This document shows positions 21,132-34,666 of a DNA stretch of 41,194 bases, one piece after another. Under the pieces are notes generated by a model. The model did no database searches. It worked only from the letters and a program-made list of their open reading frames with translations, and was not told the DNA's origin. The stretch's first letter is position 1. Every line of letters begins with the position of its first letter. Both the position numbers and the translations under genes were made by a program. Source of the DNA: Lobosporangium transversale (taxonomy: Eukaryota); assembly GCF_002105155.1 (NCBI RefSeq), contig NW_019028988.1:868001-909194 (forward strand), written 5' to 3'.

Positions 21132-22483
21132 AGGGAGGCAGATGGAGGAGGAGGGGGGATTGACAGTAGAAACCCAATCATCCAAAAGCTTGTTTGTGCC
21201 TGAATTGTTTGTGCAACAATGAACATTTCACACCTCTCAAGAGCATTTGCAGTTAGTGTTTCGCTGCATACTTTTCACACAGACAAAGTAAACACACTAA
21301 CAACAAGATGCAATGTCATTGGATCCATCCGCACGATTAGATCAACGATTACTCCGTCTCTTTGAGCCGTGGGATACACAAAAACAAGCGCTGACCAACA
21401 ATCAGAGGCTCAAAGAGAAATGCATGATAAAAAAAAAGGGGAAGAGGGGGAAGGAATCAGGGTCCATTCTTTAAAATACTCAATATTCATTGGCTTGGCC
21501 ATTAATTTACATTTATTGCATTATTGAAATCAGACAAAAAAATAAAAAAGTTTGATCGTTATCGTGTGCTCTGTTTCTGTTGTCATCATCCTTCCCATAA
21601 TCATATTAATCATATCCATTCTACATTTATATAAACATATAAAATATATATGACATGTATACATCATAGATAACACTCATCTCGCAACATAACATCTGGT
21701 TCTACAGGTTAAAACGGCTTAATTATATATGCACCACATATTGAAGGATCATACCACGGAACATTGGGATAATTATATATGGCAATCGAAACCATTTTTA
21801 TCTAATAATTATAATAATTATAATGACGCATGCTCTCGTTTCCTCTCCTTCATCTTTTGTTTTCCTATTATACACCAAGGATTGTGGTCCTAATGGACAT
21901 TTCGGCCATTTTGAGATGTCTCTCCTCATTTTTTGTTTTTATTTCTTATTATTGTATATTACTATTATTACAGTTATTACAATTATTTTTTACTCGGGTT
22001 CTTGACAAAAGGGTTTGGAATTTGAAATAAAGAAGGGAAAAAAAAAAAAAAAAAACGCGCGTAAACAACAGCATGGACATGTGTTTCATATCATCACTAA
22101 AGCAGGAAAAAAACAGAAAAAAAAAAACAATGACGGTCTCAAGAAGGCATTTTTTTTTTGTCTGTCCTTTGTCCATTCTCATATCCAGTCAAGAGTTTTC
22201 AGTGGTCAAAAAGAGAAAAAAGGCCAATGCTCTCTTATCTTTTTCCTCCCCGTTTCATCCTTCTGAACCACTGAAGAGACACGAAAGAAGAAGAAGAAGA
22301 AAGAAGAAGAGGAAGAAAGAACCATTCTCGTTTTCTTTATCAAACCTTGGCGCATGACTATGACCATGACCTTTTTTTTTTTTTCCTTTTTCCTTTTAGT
22401 CCGTAAGCAACCTTTTCATCTTATCCTCTCACCTTTTTTAATGCTCATGTCGATTGATTGGTTTTCTCCAAAGACTTGAAGGC

Positions 22484-22515
<32 letters not shown>

Positions 22516-22884
22516 CTTCCACAAGTGCAGACTGCACATGTTTCTGTGGATCAAGAAAACGATTGGAAAAACTTTTATGATTTATACTCTTTTTATCTTT
22601 CTTTTATCTCTTATTAAAATAGAGAAATCAAGCTCTATCTGCGTCTTTTAATCGCTCTCACATTTGTTAATCTCCGTTTGTAATTTTTTGTCCTTCTCTC
22701 TCATCTCCTTCTCATCCTCCTCACTCCCACTGCATTGGACAATGATCGCTTGATTTGGATTGATTATATCCCCATGAGAAGCATAAGAGCATAAAACGCC
22801 GATTACAGAGAAATGAAAGGAACAAATAAACAAGACTCCCAGGCAAAAGTGTTTACACGATAATAACAAAGAACAACAGGATTC

Positions 22885-22927
22885 TTTCTTCTTCTTCTTC
22901 TTCTTCTTCTTCTTCTTCTTCTTCTTC
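22885..22927. repeat. (CTT)n microsatellite
   Basis: Perfect trinucleotide run just downstream of the CSA stop. Confidence 0.9.
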
Positions 22928-22969
22928 AGGCATGGTCATCATACTTAAAAGAGATTGGATTTATTTATT

Positions 22970-23147
22970 CTAGTCACTATCAGAGTCTGACCAAGTATCT
23001 TGATCAGCAAGAGCTTGCAATGCATTGTTGCGGTCAATATTTTTGGGCGACCATACAAGAATGTCGTGGTCATTTCCTGCACTGTATATCTCCTAACACA
23101 TCGTAAACAAGCATAAACAAGCAACGAAGCAAAGCAGATGATCGGAC

Positions 23148-23183
<36 letters not shown>

Positions 23184-24949
23184 ATCGTCAATGAGCTAAA
23201 AACGCGTGTGGTCAATGTTATTGCTTCCATTGGGTATACTCGAATATGTTTTCTTTCTTATCGCCAGTGCACGCAGGGCTGTTGTTGTCACATTGTGGCA
23301 TTTTTTTCTTTTTGCTTTCGCTTACCTGTGTCCTTGGTCTCCATGCAAGGGCAGTGACACGGCCATAAGATCCTGTCAGCCGCTTGACAAGTGACCCATC
23401 CATCAAATCAAACATCAAAATCGACCGATCATCTGATGGATGGAATACATAATACGACGATGGAGGAGCCACAGAAAGAGGCGAAATGAGCGGTGATAGA
23501 TTATGAACGAACTGATTTCGGATCATTGTGCCATAGTTGGTAAGGGTATTTTGGCCTGTATATAAATTCCAAAGTCGCATCTTGTCATCATGCCCTGTCG
23601 TCACGAGATATAGTCCATCTGGTGTAAAACTGACCCCATTGACAGCTCTCGTATGAGCTGAATTACTTTCTGCGAGAGGAGGCGAGGCGCTGTTGTGTAG
23701 GTCTAATGAGCATAAACATGAACTTGATTTTCGAATGTCCCATAGCCTCACAGTCGTATCGGTACTGAAGAAAAGGTTATTATAAACATCTTTATAAAAA
23801 AAAACCTCGTGTCGCTGATTTTATCTGATTTAGATAGACCATAGCGATGAGAAGAAGAAAAAGAATGATATATTACCTTCCCGATGCCAATAAATAATCG
23901 TGACGAGGAGACCATTCAACGCTCAAAACTGTTCCTCTATGTCCTGAAAGAGAATGTGTATATGCACCAGTTTTCAAATCGCATAGTCGTATCCGTGGGT
24001 CAGCTGATGCGGCTATAGTATATCCGAAAAAAAAAAAAAAAAAAAAAAAGCGCTTAATTTTTAACTCTCCATGAGCTCTTATCACCGCTTTTACTCAATC
24101 GAAATAGACCACCTACTTGCTATGAGTCCATGAGTCGCTTTTGAAGACATGGCATGACTATAGACCTTGTTTGCCAAGTCAAATGTGCAAGCAACCTATT
24201 GAAGAATAAAAAAAAAGATTAGACAAATCCCTTTATGTATATGCGGAGGTAATTCCAAATGGTCAATTGAGCAAGAGGGAATAAGAGGGGAGTAAAGATC
24301 TGTTATAGCCCTACTTCCATTGCATTGGTATCCCACACTTTAATAGTACTATCAAACGATGATGTGGTGAACATGCCATTATCAAATGGATACCATCTCA
24401 CGCGTGAAACCCCTCCTCTGTGCCCATCATCGCTCCTAAAATAAAAATAGAAATAAAATAAAGCCGGGTTAACGTTTTCTTCACAATTTGTTTTGCAGTA
24501 CAAATACTCTCGTCTTTATTAACATTTTATTTTATATGTTTTAGTACCTGTTGACGGAGGCAATACTCTTGATGATCCGGCGCTCTTCTCGCTCGGATTC
24601 ATCTAGGTCATAGACATGGATACTGCCATCGCCTCCGCCCGAAATCAAACTAGATCAACCCAGACGGAAAACCCAAGAAAAATTAAGCAATTGAAAAAAA
24701 AAAAAAAAAAAAAAAAAAAAGGCCTTTTCTCTTTCCTTACTATCTAGCTTCGGCCTCTTCTATGTCAATGGTATTAACTGCTCCGGTATGCGCCCGTTCA
24801 ATAGAAGTGGAGGGATCGAGCACAATATCTGTTATTCGTTTGTTGAGAAATCTCTTCTGAAAGACGTCTGGACGGACAAGACCCAACTCCAACTGAAAGA
24901 ATGAGTTCTTGACGTGACCAACATTGCAACGAATGCGACGACTGTTCAT
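22970..24949 (-). CDS. ERCC8: WD40 DNA excision repair protein CSA/ERCC8 (Rad28/Ckn1-like), 7 exons, 402 aa
   Basis: Exons 24949-24741, 24649-24548, 24435-24315, 24195-24117, 24012-23877, 23764-23326 and 23092-22970 (in frame). [51 protein letters not shown] and C-terminal DTWSDSDSD. Confidence 0.94.
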
Positions 24950-25257
24950 GGTGAAAGAGTGTGGGAAATATATATATATATATGTATATGTCGTTATTTT
25001 AAAGGGTAACCACACGTTAAATGGAAGAGACAAAGAGGGGAGAGAGGGGTTGTTCTTTTCAATGAAGCAATGAAGTTTAATGAGTAATGCAAAGTTGGTG
25101 GCAAACGCAGCAAATAAAAAAAATGATGCGAGAAAGATTAAAAAGCCGTCACAATGATCACTGTCAAACTTTGCCGTGAGAGATTTTTTTTTTTTTTTTT
25201 CTTTTTTTTTTTTTTTTCTTTCATTCAACCTCAACAATTAAAAATCAACTGAACATC
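24950..25257. promoter_or_regulatory. Compact bidirectional promoter region between CSA and the CBS-like gene
   Basis: Divergent ATGs only 308 bp apart; contains (TA)n and poly-T tracts. Confidence 0.55.
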
Positions 25258-27248
25258 ATGACAGGAACTAAAATTGCGCCTCCTCCTATTGTAGACGCCG
25301 CCGGAGGTATTATTAGTCTCGACAATTTATATTGTTGTCCACAATTGATAAGAAAGAAGTCTTCTTACTTCAAAGCTCAGGAGACAGGATTTAGACTTTA
25401 ACAACCGGTCATTTCGTTAAATCTTTATTAGACACAATCGGAAACACGCCTATTGTTCGTCTAAGATCTATTGGTAACAAGCATCAAGGTAAAGGAAAAC
25501 ATCAAGGACACATGAATTGGACCTTCTTATTTTGCTTTAAAAATATGAAACATAACGGATTATGTTTTTTTTTTTTTTTTTTTTTTTTTTTTGTTTATTT
25601 TATTGTGAATAGTCGACCTTCTTGCCAAAACCGAATTCAGTAACCCAAGCGGATCGATCAAGGATCGTGTGGCGCAGAGGATCCTTGAAAACTTGAAGGC
25701 CGCTAATAAACTCAAGGACAGCAGTGATAGCAACAGCAACGATAATAATAACAATAATAACGATGGCACTTCAACTACAACATTGGTAGTCCCCAGCAGT
25801 GGTAATTTGATTATCAGTTTAGCCCTTTTAGCACCTAAACATGGACACTATAAAGTCATTGGCCTCGTCCCCGAGCGTACCAGTCAGGATAGAATGCAAT
25901 TGCTCAAATCATTGAATGTGGAGATCGTTCGTACACCCATTGAAGCCCATGTTGACTCTCCAGAATCTCAATTCGCTATCGCTAAAAAGATTGCAGCGGA
26001 CCTCCCAAATGCTATTTTGGTGGATGAGGTAGGTATACACATATAATGATATTCAAATCATAATGTCAACATGGTTTGATGATAAGGAACATTACAATAA
26101 TGGCTTAATGTTTTTTTCTTTCTTTAGTTTACAGATGGTGCAAATGCTCAAGTCCATAGCCAGGTGACAGCTGAGGAGATTCTTGTCCAGGTAATTATTC
26201 AAAAAAAAAAAAAAAAAAAAAAAAAACTTTTTACTTGCTCAAAAATGACTGTTTTTATCTCTAATACATCTACATTTGCGTATATGTGTGTATGCCGCTA
26301 GACTGAGGGCCGTTTGGATATCCTTGTTGTTGGTGTAGAAACTGGTGGCACAATCACAGGACTGGCTAGGACCCTGAAAGCCAGGATTCCTGAATTAAAG
26401 ATCGTAGGAGTCGAGCCAGAGCATTCATCAATCCAGGATGGGGTCGTCAAGAGTGGTGCATGGAAGGTTGAGGATATCGGTGGCAACTTTACGCCTTCCA
26501 TTCTGGATAAGAGTCTTGTTGATACATGGATCCAGGTGTCTGATCAGGAATCTTATTCGACTGCACGACGACTTATCCGTGAGGATGGTGTATTCTGCGG
26601 TAAATGATCCACTGGTCAAAGGGGTTTTTTTTCTTTTCTTTGATGAAGATAGAAAAAGGAGAGAAAGAGAAAGGTAGAAAGGGTTTTCTAATATTTTTTC
26701 AAGCTGTGTTAAAAAATTAGGCCCTTCATCTGGAAGTGTCGTTGCGGCCGCATTACGGTACTCTCAAGGACTCGGTAACAACACTAGTGATGCTTCAGAT
26801 CAGAGGCCACGTATTCTTACAATCTTGAACGATACTGCACGCAACTATTCTTCAACACTTTTGTCGGACGACTGGTTATTGGAACATGATTTGATGGATG
26901 AGGCTATGGCTCGATCGGTTGCTTATCATCGCCATGAGAAGTATCGTGCTGCGAGTGTGGAGGAACTTCAGCTACCTGCAGCAGTGACAGTCCCTCCGAC
27001 GTCGACGGTCGGTTATGCATTGGATCTGATGTTGACTCGCGAGTTCTCACAATTGCCTGTCATCAACCCAACGAATCGGAAATTGATGGGGTACATTTCG
27101 TTGACTGCTCTGACCACAGCTATGGAGGATGGTCGTGCCAAGGAATCTGACCTGGTCTCCAAATGGATGTATTCTTTCAAGAAGAAAGGCAAAGGCGGCT
27201 CTCACGCGTACGTATCATTCTTTCTCTTTTACTCTCTCTTTTTTATGC

Positions 27249-27286
<38 letters not shown>

Positions 27287-27498
27287 CACTCTTGCAAATC
27301 CATTATATTTGTTGATGCTTATTTAGATATGAAACTATCACTCCAAATACTCCGCTTGCAGACTTGTCAAAGTTCTTTGAGAAGCACTCGTTTGCTGTTG
27401 TGACAGATGATGATCGTCGCTGGTGCTTGGGAGTTGCCACCAAATACGACTTGATGACCTTTTTGAACCGTCGTCAGAGCAGCGGAAGAGCATTTTAA
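25258..27498 (+). CDS. Cystathionine beta-synthase-like protein (PLP fold II + CBS pair), 7 exons, 513 aa, divergent active site
   Basis: Exons 25258-25306, 25432-25488, 25613-26028, 26128-26190, 26302-26599, 26721-27207 and 27327-27498 (in frame). IGNTP, NPSGSIKDR (PLP Lys), SSGN, TGGT, ARRLIREDG, GPSSG and a C-terminal CBS pair (FSQLPV, ATKYDL). Confidence 0.92.
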
Positions 27499-27796
27499 AT
27501 AGTTTTCCAGGACAAAATAAAATGAAATAGAAAAAAAAAAAAAAAAAAAAAGAAAAAAAAAATTACCATTCGATCCCATATATCTAGTCCATTAACTGGA
27601 TGGCCTCCCGATCAGGCTATGCCTCTTTATAAACTCAAGTTGAATCATTATTAGTCCTGTGTTTTAACAGTTTACAATTTCATTACATCTCCTGCTGTTC
27701 TCCGTATGGACCTTAAGAATGGATATGATATGGACAAATTGTTTATATTGCATTTTATTTTATTTGAAATAAAAATAAAAAAAAAAAAAAAACCAC

Positions 27797-29355
27797 TTAA
27801 GCGTACATGGGAATGTTGGCGTAATCACGAGGATCGTTGAGTCTCAAAGGAATGTTCATGCCTTGGATGGTCTTCATTTCCTCTGAAGACAGCTCAAAGT
27901 CAAAGATGTCTGCGTTTTGGGCCATACGCTTTGGATCGGATGATTTAGGGATGACTGCGATCTTGTTCTGGATCAACCAACGAAGAATGACTTGAGCGAC
28001 TGACTTTGGGGGATGTGCCTTCGCGATCTTGCCCAGGCGTTCCTCTTCAAACAAAGGTACAGCACCCTTGGCGGAGTCGTTTCCTAGCTCCACATAGGAA
28101 GCAGGGCCAAAGCTAGAATAACCAGTGATCTGAAGACCCTGCGATTGAGCATACCGGACCAGGTCTTGATTATTGAGATACGGGTGGATTTCCACATGCA
28201 ACACTGCAGGCTTGATCCTAGCATACGATAAAAGGTCCATCAACAGCATCGCATTGAAGTTGGACACACCAATGTTTTTGACTTTTTTTGAATCCACCAA
28301 TTGCTCCATTGCAGTCCAGGTCTCTTGAAGGGGGACGAAATCCTGTTCGTTGTTACCCCATTCTGGAGGATAGCGTTTTTCGAATGGGACGAATTTGAGT
28401 GAGATTGGGAAATGGATCAAGTAAAGATCGAGGTAATCCAATCCTAGGTCTGTGAGTGTTTTGTCAAACGCCATAGGAACATGTTCCTGACGATGATAAG
28501 TGTTCCACAGCTTTTTTTTTTTTTTTGTAAAAAAAAAAAAAAGAAAAAGAAATGAATGAGTATCGAACCATAAATAAAAAAAAAAAAAAAAAAAAAAAAA
28601 AATTCTTTCTCCCTATAGTATAGTTTTCATTTATTTACCTTGGATGTGACAAAGAGCTGTTCACGAGTGACAAGACCATCTTCGATAGCCTTCCTGATAC
28701 CTTGTCCGACTTCAACTTCATTGCCATAATCGCAAGCGCAATCGAATAATCTATTGACAAATTTTCCCACGCCCAAAAACAAAAAAAAAAAAAAAAAATC
28801 AATTCCGTGAAAGTGAAATAAAAAAAAAAAAAAAAAAAAAAAAAAGCTTTTGACTGTCTTGAATATTAATGATCTTTTTTTTTTTTTTTTTTTTTTCGTT
28901 ACCTGTAACCAGTTTGAATGGCCTAAACGCAATCCCATTGAAAAAATATATATACATATATAATGATAATAATAATAATAATAATAATAATTAATAACGC
29001 TTTGATCTCCACTCTACTTGCTATCCAAGTCTGTGTGTTTTTTGTTTTTTTTTTGTTTTTTATGGATATTTGGATTGAAAAATGCATGATGCATGAAGGG
29101 GGAGGAGACCCTTTCCAAACGACAGGAAAAAAGCAACCCTTTTTTTTTTTTTTTTACGTAAAATAAAAAAGAGTGGTTTGGAGGGGAAGGGAAGGGGATA
29201 TTGGATATATAGATATATATATGTGTATAATATAATATACATTTTACCTTGTAAACAATATCCGCAGCCTTATCCTTGGGGACCTTCCAAGTTCCAAAGC
29301 CGAGGAGTGGCATCTTTGCACCACCTGGTTGCAGAGTAAGAGATTCGGTGGCCAT
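27797..29355 (-). CDS. xyl1: NAD(P)H-dependent D-xylose/aldose reductase (aldo-keto reductase), 4 exons, 317 aa
   Basis: Exons 29355-29248, 28922-28903, 28750-28639 and 28510-27797. [47 protein letters not shown] and IPKS; catalytic D/Y/K/H present. Confidence 0.93.
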
Positions 29356-30011
29356 GTTATGCAAGGTAGTATAGTATAGTCTAGCCTAATACGTTGAAAT
29401 GAGAACAAAAAAAAGAAAAGAAAATAAAGAGAAATCGAATGAACGTCAAAATAATGAATGAATGAATGAATGAATGAGTGAATGAGAGCATGAGTTACAT
29501 GTTACGACATAGACAGTTTCTAGGACACTTGTGTCTTGTCTGTGTGTGGAATGCATTAATGAATATATAATGTTCTCCAATTTTTGATTGGATAGGATTT
29601 AACATTGTCTCTCACACCATCTCTAATTGGAGGAGATAAAACTGATTACGTGTTTTTTAGTTCGTTACACGCGCTAAAAAAGATTTCTTTTTATTGTTTA
29701 TGATAATGATAATGATAATGAATATATTATATATGAAGATGAAAATGAAGATGAAAAATGAATAATGATATTTATAATGATAATGGATGATAGTGAAGAT
29801 GAGTTAGGAAAAATATGATAATGATAAAATGATGATGATTTGAAGGATATACAGATGAATAAAATTAAATATATATAACTATAGACAGAAAAATGCCCTT
29901 TTTTTTAAACTAATAAAAATAAAGGGATGTTGTGTGGTGGGTGCCCTTGAAATTGTGAGAGCGGGGTATACAATAGATTGTTATCTTTTTTTTCTTTTTT
30001 CTTTTTTCTTT

Positions 30012-31643
30012 TTAAAGCTGTGATGATTGCTCCAATTCTGCTCGCTGCTGCTGAAGCTTATGATATGAAAGTGGCTGAGGCTGACGGAGTTGTGTCTGAT
30101 GTTGTTGCTGATCCTGTTGCTGTTGCTGCTGCTGTTGCAATGGGTGACTGTGTTGATGACGAAGACGTTGATAATATTGCTGTTGCTGTCGCCACTGAGT
30201 ATTGATCTGATCAAGCGACCTCTTCTCACGCAACAACGCACGCTCCTTCATCATCGCCGTTGTCCTCTCAAGTGCTAAAATCTCAGCCATCAACGATTCA
30301 TTATCCTCCAAGTGAAGACTCTTGGTCCGCATATGTCTCCTCTTGAATGAGGCTGCTATCGGTGTGGATGGCGTCGATGCTGATGTCATCGTCGGTGCCA
30401 TCGGTCCCGTCAGAGGCGCGATCGGTGTTGTAGATGGCCTATTCAGAAGAGCTGTGACGCGTTCAGAATAGTTGGTCGCATTTGTAGGGGATCGTGGAGG
30501 CGTACAAGTCATTGTTGTTGTTGTTGTTGTTGCCCCATGAGCGTACACATCAGGGGATCGCGACAGGGTCTCAAAGGGGATCGGCAACGATGCAAACGGT
30601 GCCAACGGAGGAACTCCTGCTCTAGGAGAAGAAGGCTGTGAACGACCATTCTGACCCACCGTGTTCCGCCTTGATCGAGATGAATGATGAGAAAAGTAAC
30701 CTTCCTCCACTCCCGGACTCGTAGTCGCCGCTAATGAGTATGATGATGAGTATGGAGATGTCTGTGAGGAGGAAGAGCGCGATGAAGACGGGGCATGATG
30801 ATGAAGATAGACAGTTGGATGGTGACGAGGAGGCGCTTCCAATGGCAAAGGTGGCGGAACCAGTGACCTTGGTGACATTTTGCGCGATGAAGATGGAGAT
30901 AGAGGCGCTCCTATTGGGGGAAGGATCTCTTTAGATGAGAAAATGGATGATGTTGGAGATCTTGGGTGGTGGTGGGATTTCGAGCGTGGACGCTGTCTTC
31001 TTGCTCCAACCCTATAATGCTCTCCTTCCTCTTGTCCTTCTTCACCTGGCGCAAATCGCTGTGGCTGTTGTTGCTGCTGCTGCTGCTGCTGCTTAAACTG
31101 ACCGTGTGGCTCATGATGCTTTTCAAAAGAAGTAGCATTGCTATTTGAAATCCCATTAGCAGTAGCGGCAGTAGCAACAAGAGAGGCCTCAGAGGAAGAA
31201 GCTCTTTGCCTCTCATTGGCCATTCGAGCCAGATATTTAGGCGAATAATCTTGTTTATGAGCTTTGGCAGCACCACGATCAGGGACCATGGGCAAGTATG
31301 TTAGCTGAGGTCGATTCAGATGTAACTTATCTGTGGCCATTCTCAGAAGCCAAGGTGGGACTCGGCTAAAGGAAATCTTGTGGATAAAGTCGGACAGTCT
31401 TCCTTGGACGTTGAGGAACCGACCAAAAGATCGGGATCCAACGACAGCTCCCTTGGCAATTGGGAAACGTTCAGAACTGTATCGTTTGAACGCTCGAGTG
31501 ATATTGTCCATTGATTTCGTCTTCATATCATAGAGGGCATTTGCAAGCGAGATACCATCCAAAATAGCTTGAATCGCTCCTTGTCTATATGCGCCCATAC
31601 AGAGAAAGGAAGTATAAAAAAGGCGTTGACAGTTTTAGTAAAG

Positions 31644-31678
<35 letters not shown>

Positions 31679-32728
31679 GTATCAAAGCAGCAATTTTAAT
31701 TACTTACCCCGCAAAGGGTAGGATCTTGTGACAAGCGTCGCCGATGAGGACAGTTCGCTCATGGTGCCAGACCTTGAACAACTTTGACTCGAGCATGACC
31801 TTTGAAATTCGCTCCATATTGGTGGCATCAATAATCTCACCCACAGTGCCTGGTTTGGCAGGCCCATGAGTTTTACGCCTCGGGGTAAACCCATGGGGAA
31901 GAGAATCCGCATGACTACTATGGCTACTGCCATTGATCGATGAAGCTGCACTATCGCCAACTGTGTTTGTATTTGTTGTGGGTGATGGTAATGGAGAGGG
32001 CGATAGTAGTGGTGGTGACGATAGTGGCGAGGGATGTGGAGATTTCCATTTAGAAGCACAAGAAGTTTCATATTGTGTGAAATGGGCAGAGTACGAAGGA
32101 GGGTGAGGGTGTTTACCAGGCGAGACAGGGTCGTCCATCATGGCGCTGCTTGCGCTAGATGAGATTGGGCTACTGCCACTCTCTGAGAGTATTTTGCTGT
32201 GAATGCTACTACAATCACTCACACTGCTGCCTTCATCACTAAAAGGATGATTTGAATCATGGATATCATGGAGTTCATCATGGTGATGGTGGACATCGTG
32301 GTGGGCCACAGAGGCGTTCTTGTAATGACCATCATGTTGGTACGAGACTCTGAAGTCTGGCAGGGTATAGTCTCGAACTAAATCACAGACATCCGTAGTG
32401 AGCTCGGGCCACCATTCTGCAAATGAAAAACTCCGGACATCTTCTTGTCCTGCCTCAGAATCCAAGATGCGCCCTCCAATGGACCAAGCGAACCTGTTGC
32501 CTACAATTGGAATAAGCCAAATCTATTTTTTTTTTTTTTTTTTTTGAATTAGATTGGATAGGAGCAATTGGGAGTTTAGCCTATTAGACTCACTGCAAGC
32601 TTCTATTGGTTAACGCGAAACAAAGCTCGTAAAAAAGGGTGGAAAAAAAAAAAGTTTGTATAGATTTCCCCCTGGGCAATTGAATCTGAAAATAGAGTCT
32701 GTGCATGAACACTAAACGCTTCGGGGGG

Positions 32729-32764
<36 letters not shown>

Positions 32765-32820
32765 CCATTTTTTTAATAATGGAGTGTATAAGATGGGGCG
32801 AGAGCAGTAGAACAGAAAGG

Positions 32821-32870
<50 letters not shown>

Positions 32871-33232
32871 ATTTCTAGAATTGAAGTGTGGTGGCAGGGG
32901 AAGTTAGGGGAGGGAATGGGAGAGAAGAGGGGAGGACAGAGGCGGTTATGACACCCTACAAGTATTTAGCAATGATTCAATTGGTTCTGTCCCGGTTACC
33001 AGGGCCAATTGAGCAAGCCATTAATTAGTCTTGAGAGTGTGCGAGTATGCGAGAGTATGAGGATTAAGGGAGTGGGAATGCATAACCAAAATAAAATAAA
33101 ATAGAAAAATAAATAGAAAAAATAAAATTGCTGCTAGGTAGCACTAGACGCGTTTTGGTATCATCTTGTGTAGTCGGATAGGATAGGACAGGATAGGATG
33201 GGCAAAATTGTTTGAAGGAATATCCGAGGAGG

Positions 33233-33265
<33 letters not shown>

Positions 33266-34666
33266 ACTCCCTTACCGTGTATGGGCTTTTCTTGCCAATG
33301 ATACCATACAGTTCACAGAACTCTTGTTTCAAGATAGGGAATCTCTCCGGGTCAAGTTCATCTGTGATGCCCACAACACAGTGTTGATCAAACTTCAGTT
33401 TCTCTGAATCTGATTTAGGCAAGAGACCCTTTTCTTTCAAGGCCTTGTGCATACATTGCCGTACTGAACTATAGGCTCCATCTGCGCCTACAAGGATATC
33501 TCCACGATACGTTGACCCGTCTGAACATCGGATCTGGACACCTTCTCCCTCTATCTGAGTCGTAGATAAAACACGTTTACCCATCAATAATTTCCCTTCA
33601 GGGATATGAGAGACAAGCATCTTGAAAAGATCTGGTCGACCAAACACGATGCTGTTATAACCATATCTGGATATTTTTTTCCGTGTCGAGTTGTGAGGAA
33701 ATGAGTAAGATGAGGACAATGTTGATTGATTAAATGATTGATTGATTAGATGAGTCGTGCATAGAATAACGTTGCGAAGGGAATAATAAGGCATTCACAC
33801 ATTATGCCTTGGTTCATTTTCCATCATTTTTACATATCTGTCGCATCTACATACCTTTCTTCAAAGTGCTCTAGATCAAGATGCCCCTGAGTCTCTAGAT
33901 CTTCCTTCATCACGTGAAGTCTACCAGCAAACTTACTGATCTTGTAAAGCTCTTCTAACAATCTGAAAAAAAAAAAAAAGGGTCCAGATTTAAGCATTTT
34001 TTTTTGTTTTTCTGTTTTTCTGTTTTTGAATACTCAAGAATGGTCTGCATGAACTAAGTGGTTTTTTTTTTTATCTGCAGTCTCTCGTTACTAATGAGCC
34101 AAAAAAAAAAAAAAAAAAAAATCCAGTCTGAAAAAATAAAATAAAATAGAATGAGAGCTATATAGTCTACGGATATTGCAGAAATGGAATTACCCATTGA
34201 GCATGGGATGGGGGAGCATGTATGAAATTTGCTGTGTTAGCTGAAACATGCCCAGGTTCTTCCTCTTCTTCCTTTTCTCCCTTCCAAATGTAGAGATTGA
34301 TCCATGAGATATGGAAAAAGAAGAGGCTGAAGGTTGAAGAGAGAGAAAGGGTGGGAAAAGACTCCATGGACATTTGGCCGTTTTTTTTTTTTTTTCTTAA
34401 TGGATTATGTAAACGAATGTAAACGATGATTTGAACAAAAAAAAAAAAAAAAAAAAGGGAGGAGAAAGAGGGACTTACCCTAATTGCTCGAATAGGCGTA
34501 AGACTGTGCCGTTCAAGGAGATGGCGCTACCTAACGGTCGATGCTCGGGTGATCTTTCCAGGATTTGATAGTCGATCCCTGCTCGTTCCAACATGATGCC
34601 GAGCATAAGGCCTCCAATGCCTCCTCCTACAATGAGGACATGCAAATTCGGAGTCTCACTCGCCAT
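30012..34666 (-). CDS. FAD-dependent monooxygenase (FAD_binding_3 type) with low-complexity insert and tail, 5 exons, 1024 aa
   Basis: Exons 34666-34479, 33962-33855, 33666-33276, 32522-31708 and 31584-30012 (3075 nt, in frame). GGGIGG, LVGADGAYSSVR and LIGDACHKILPFAGQGAIQAILD fingerprints. Confidence 0.92.

Noticed and set aside
20036..22880. Many short ORFs rich in poly-K, poly-F or ER repeats
   Set aside because: Translations of homopolymer and microsatellite tracts in intergenic DNA.
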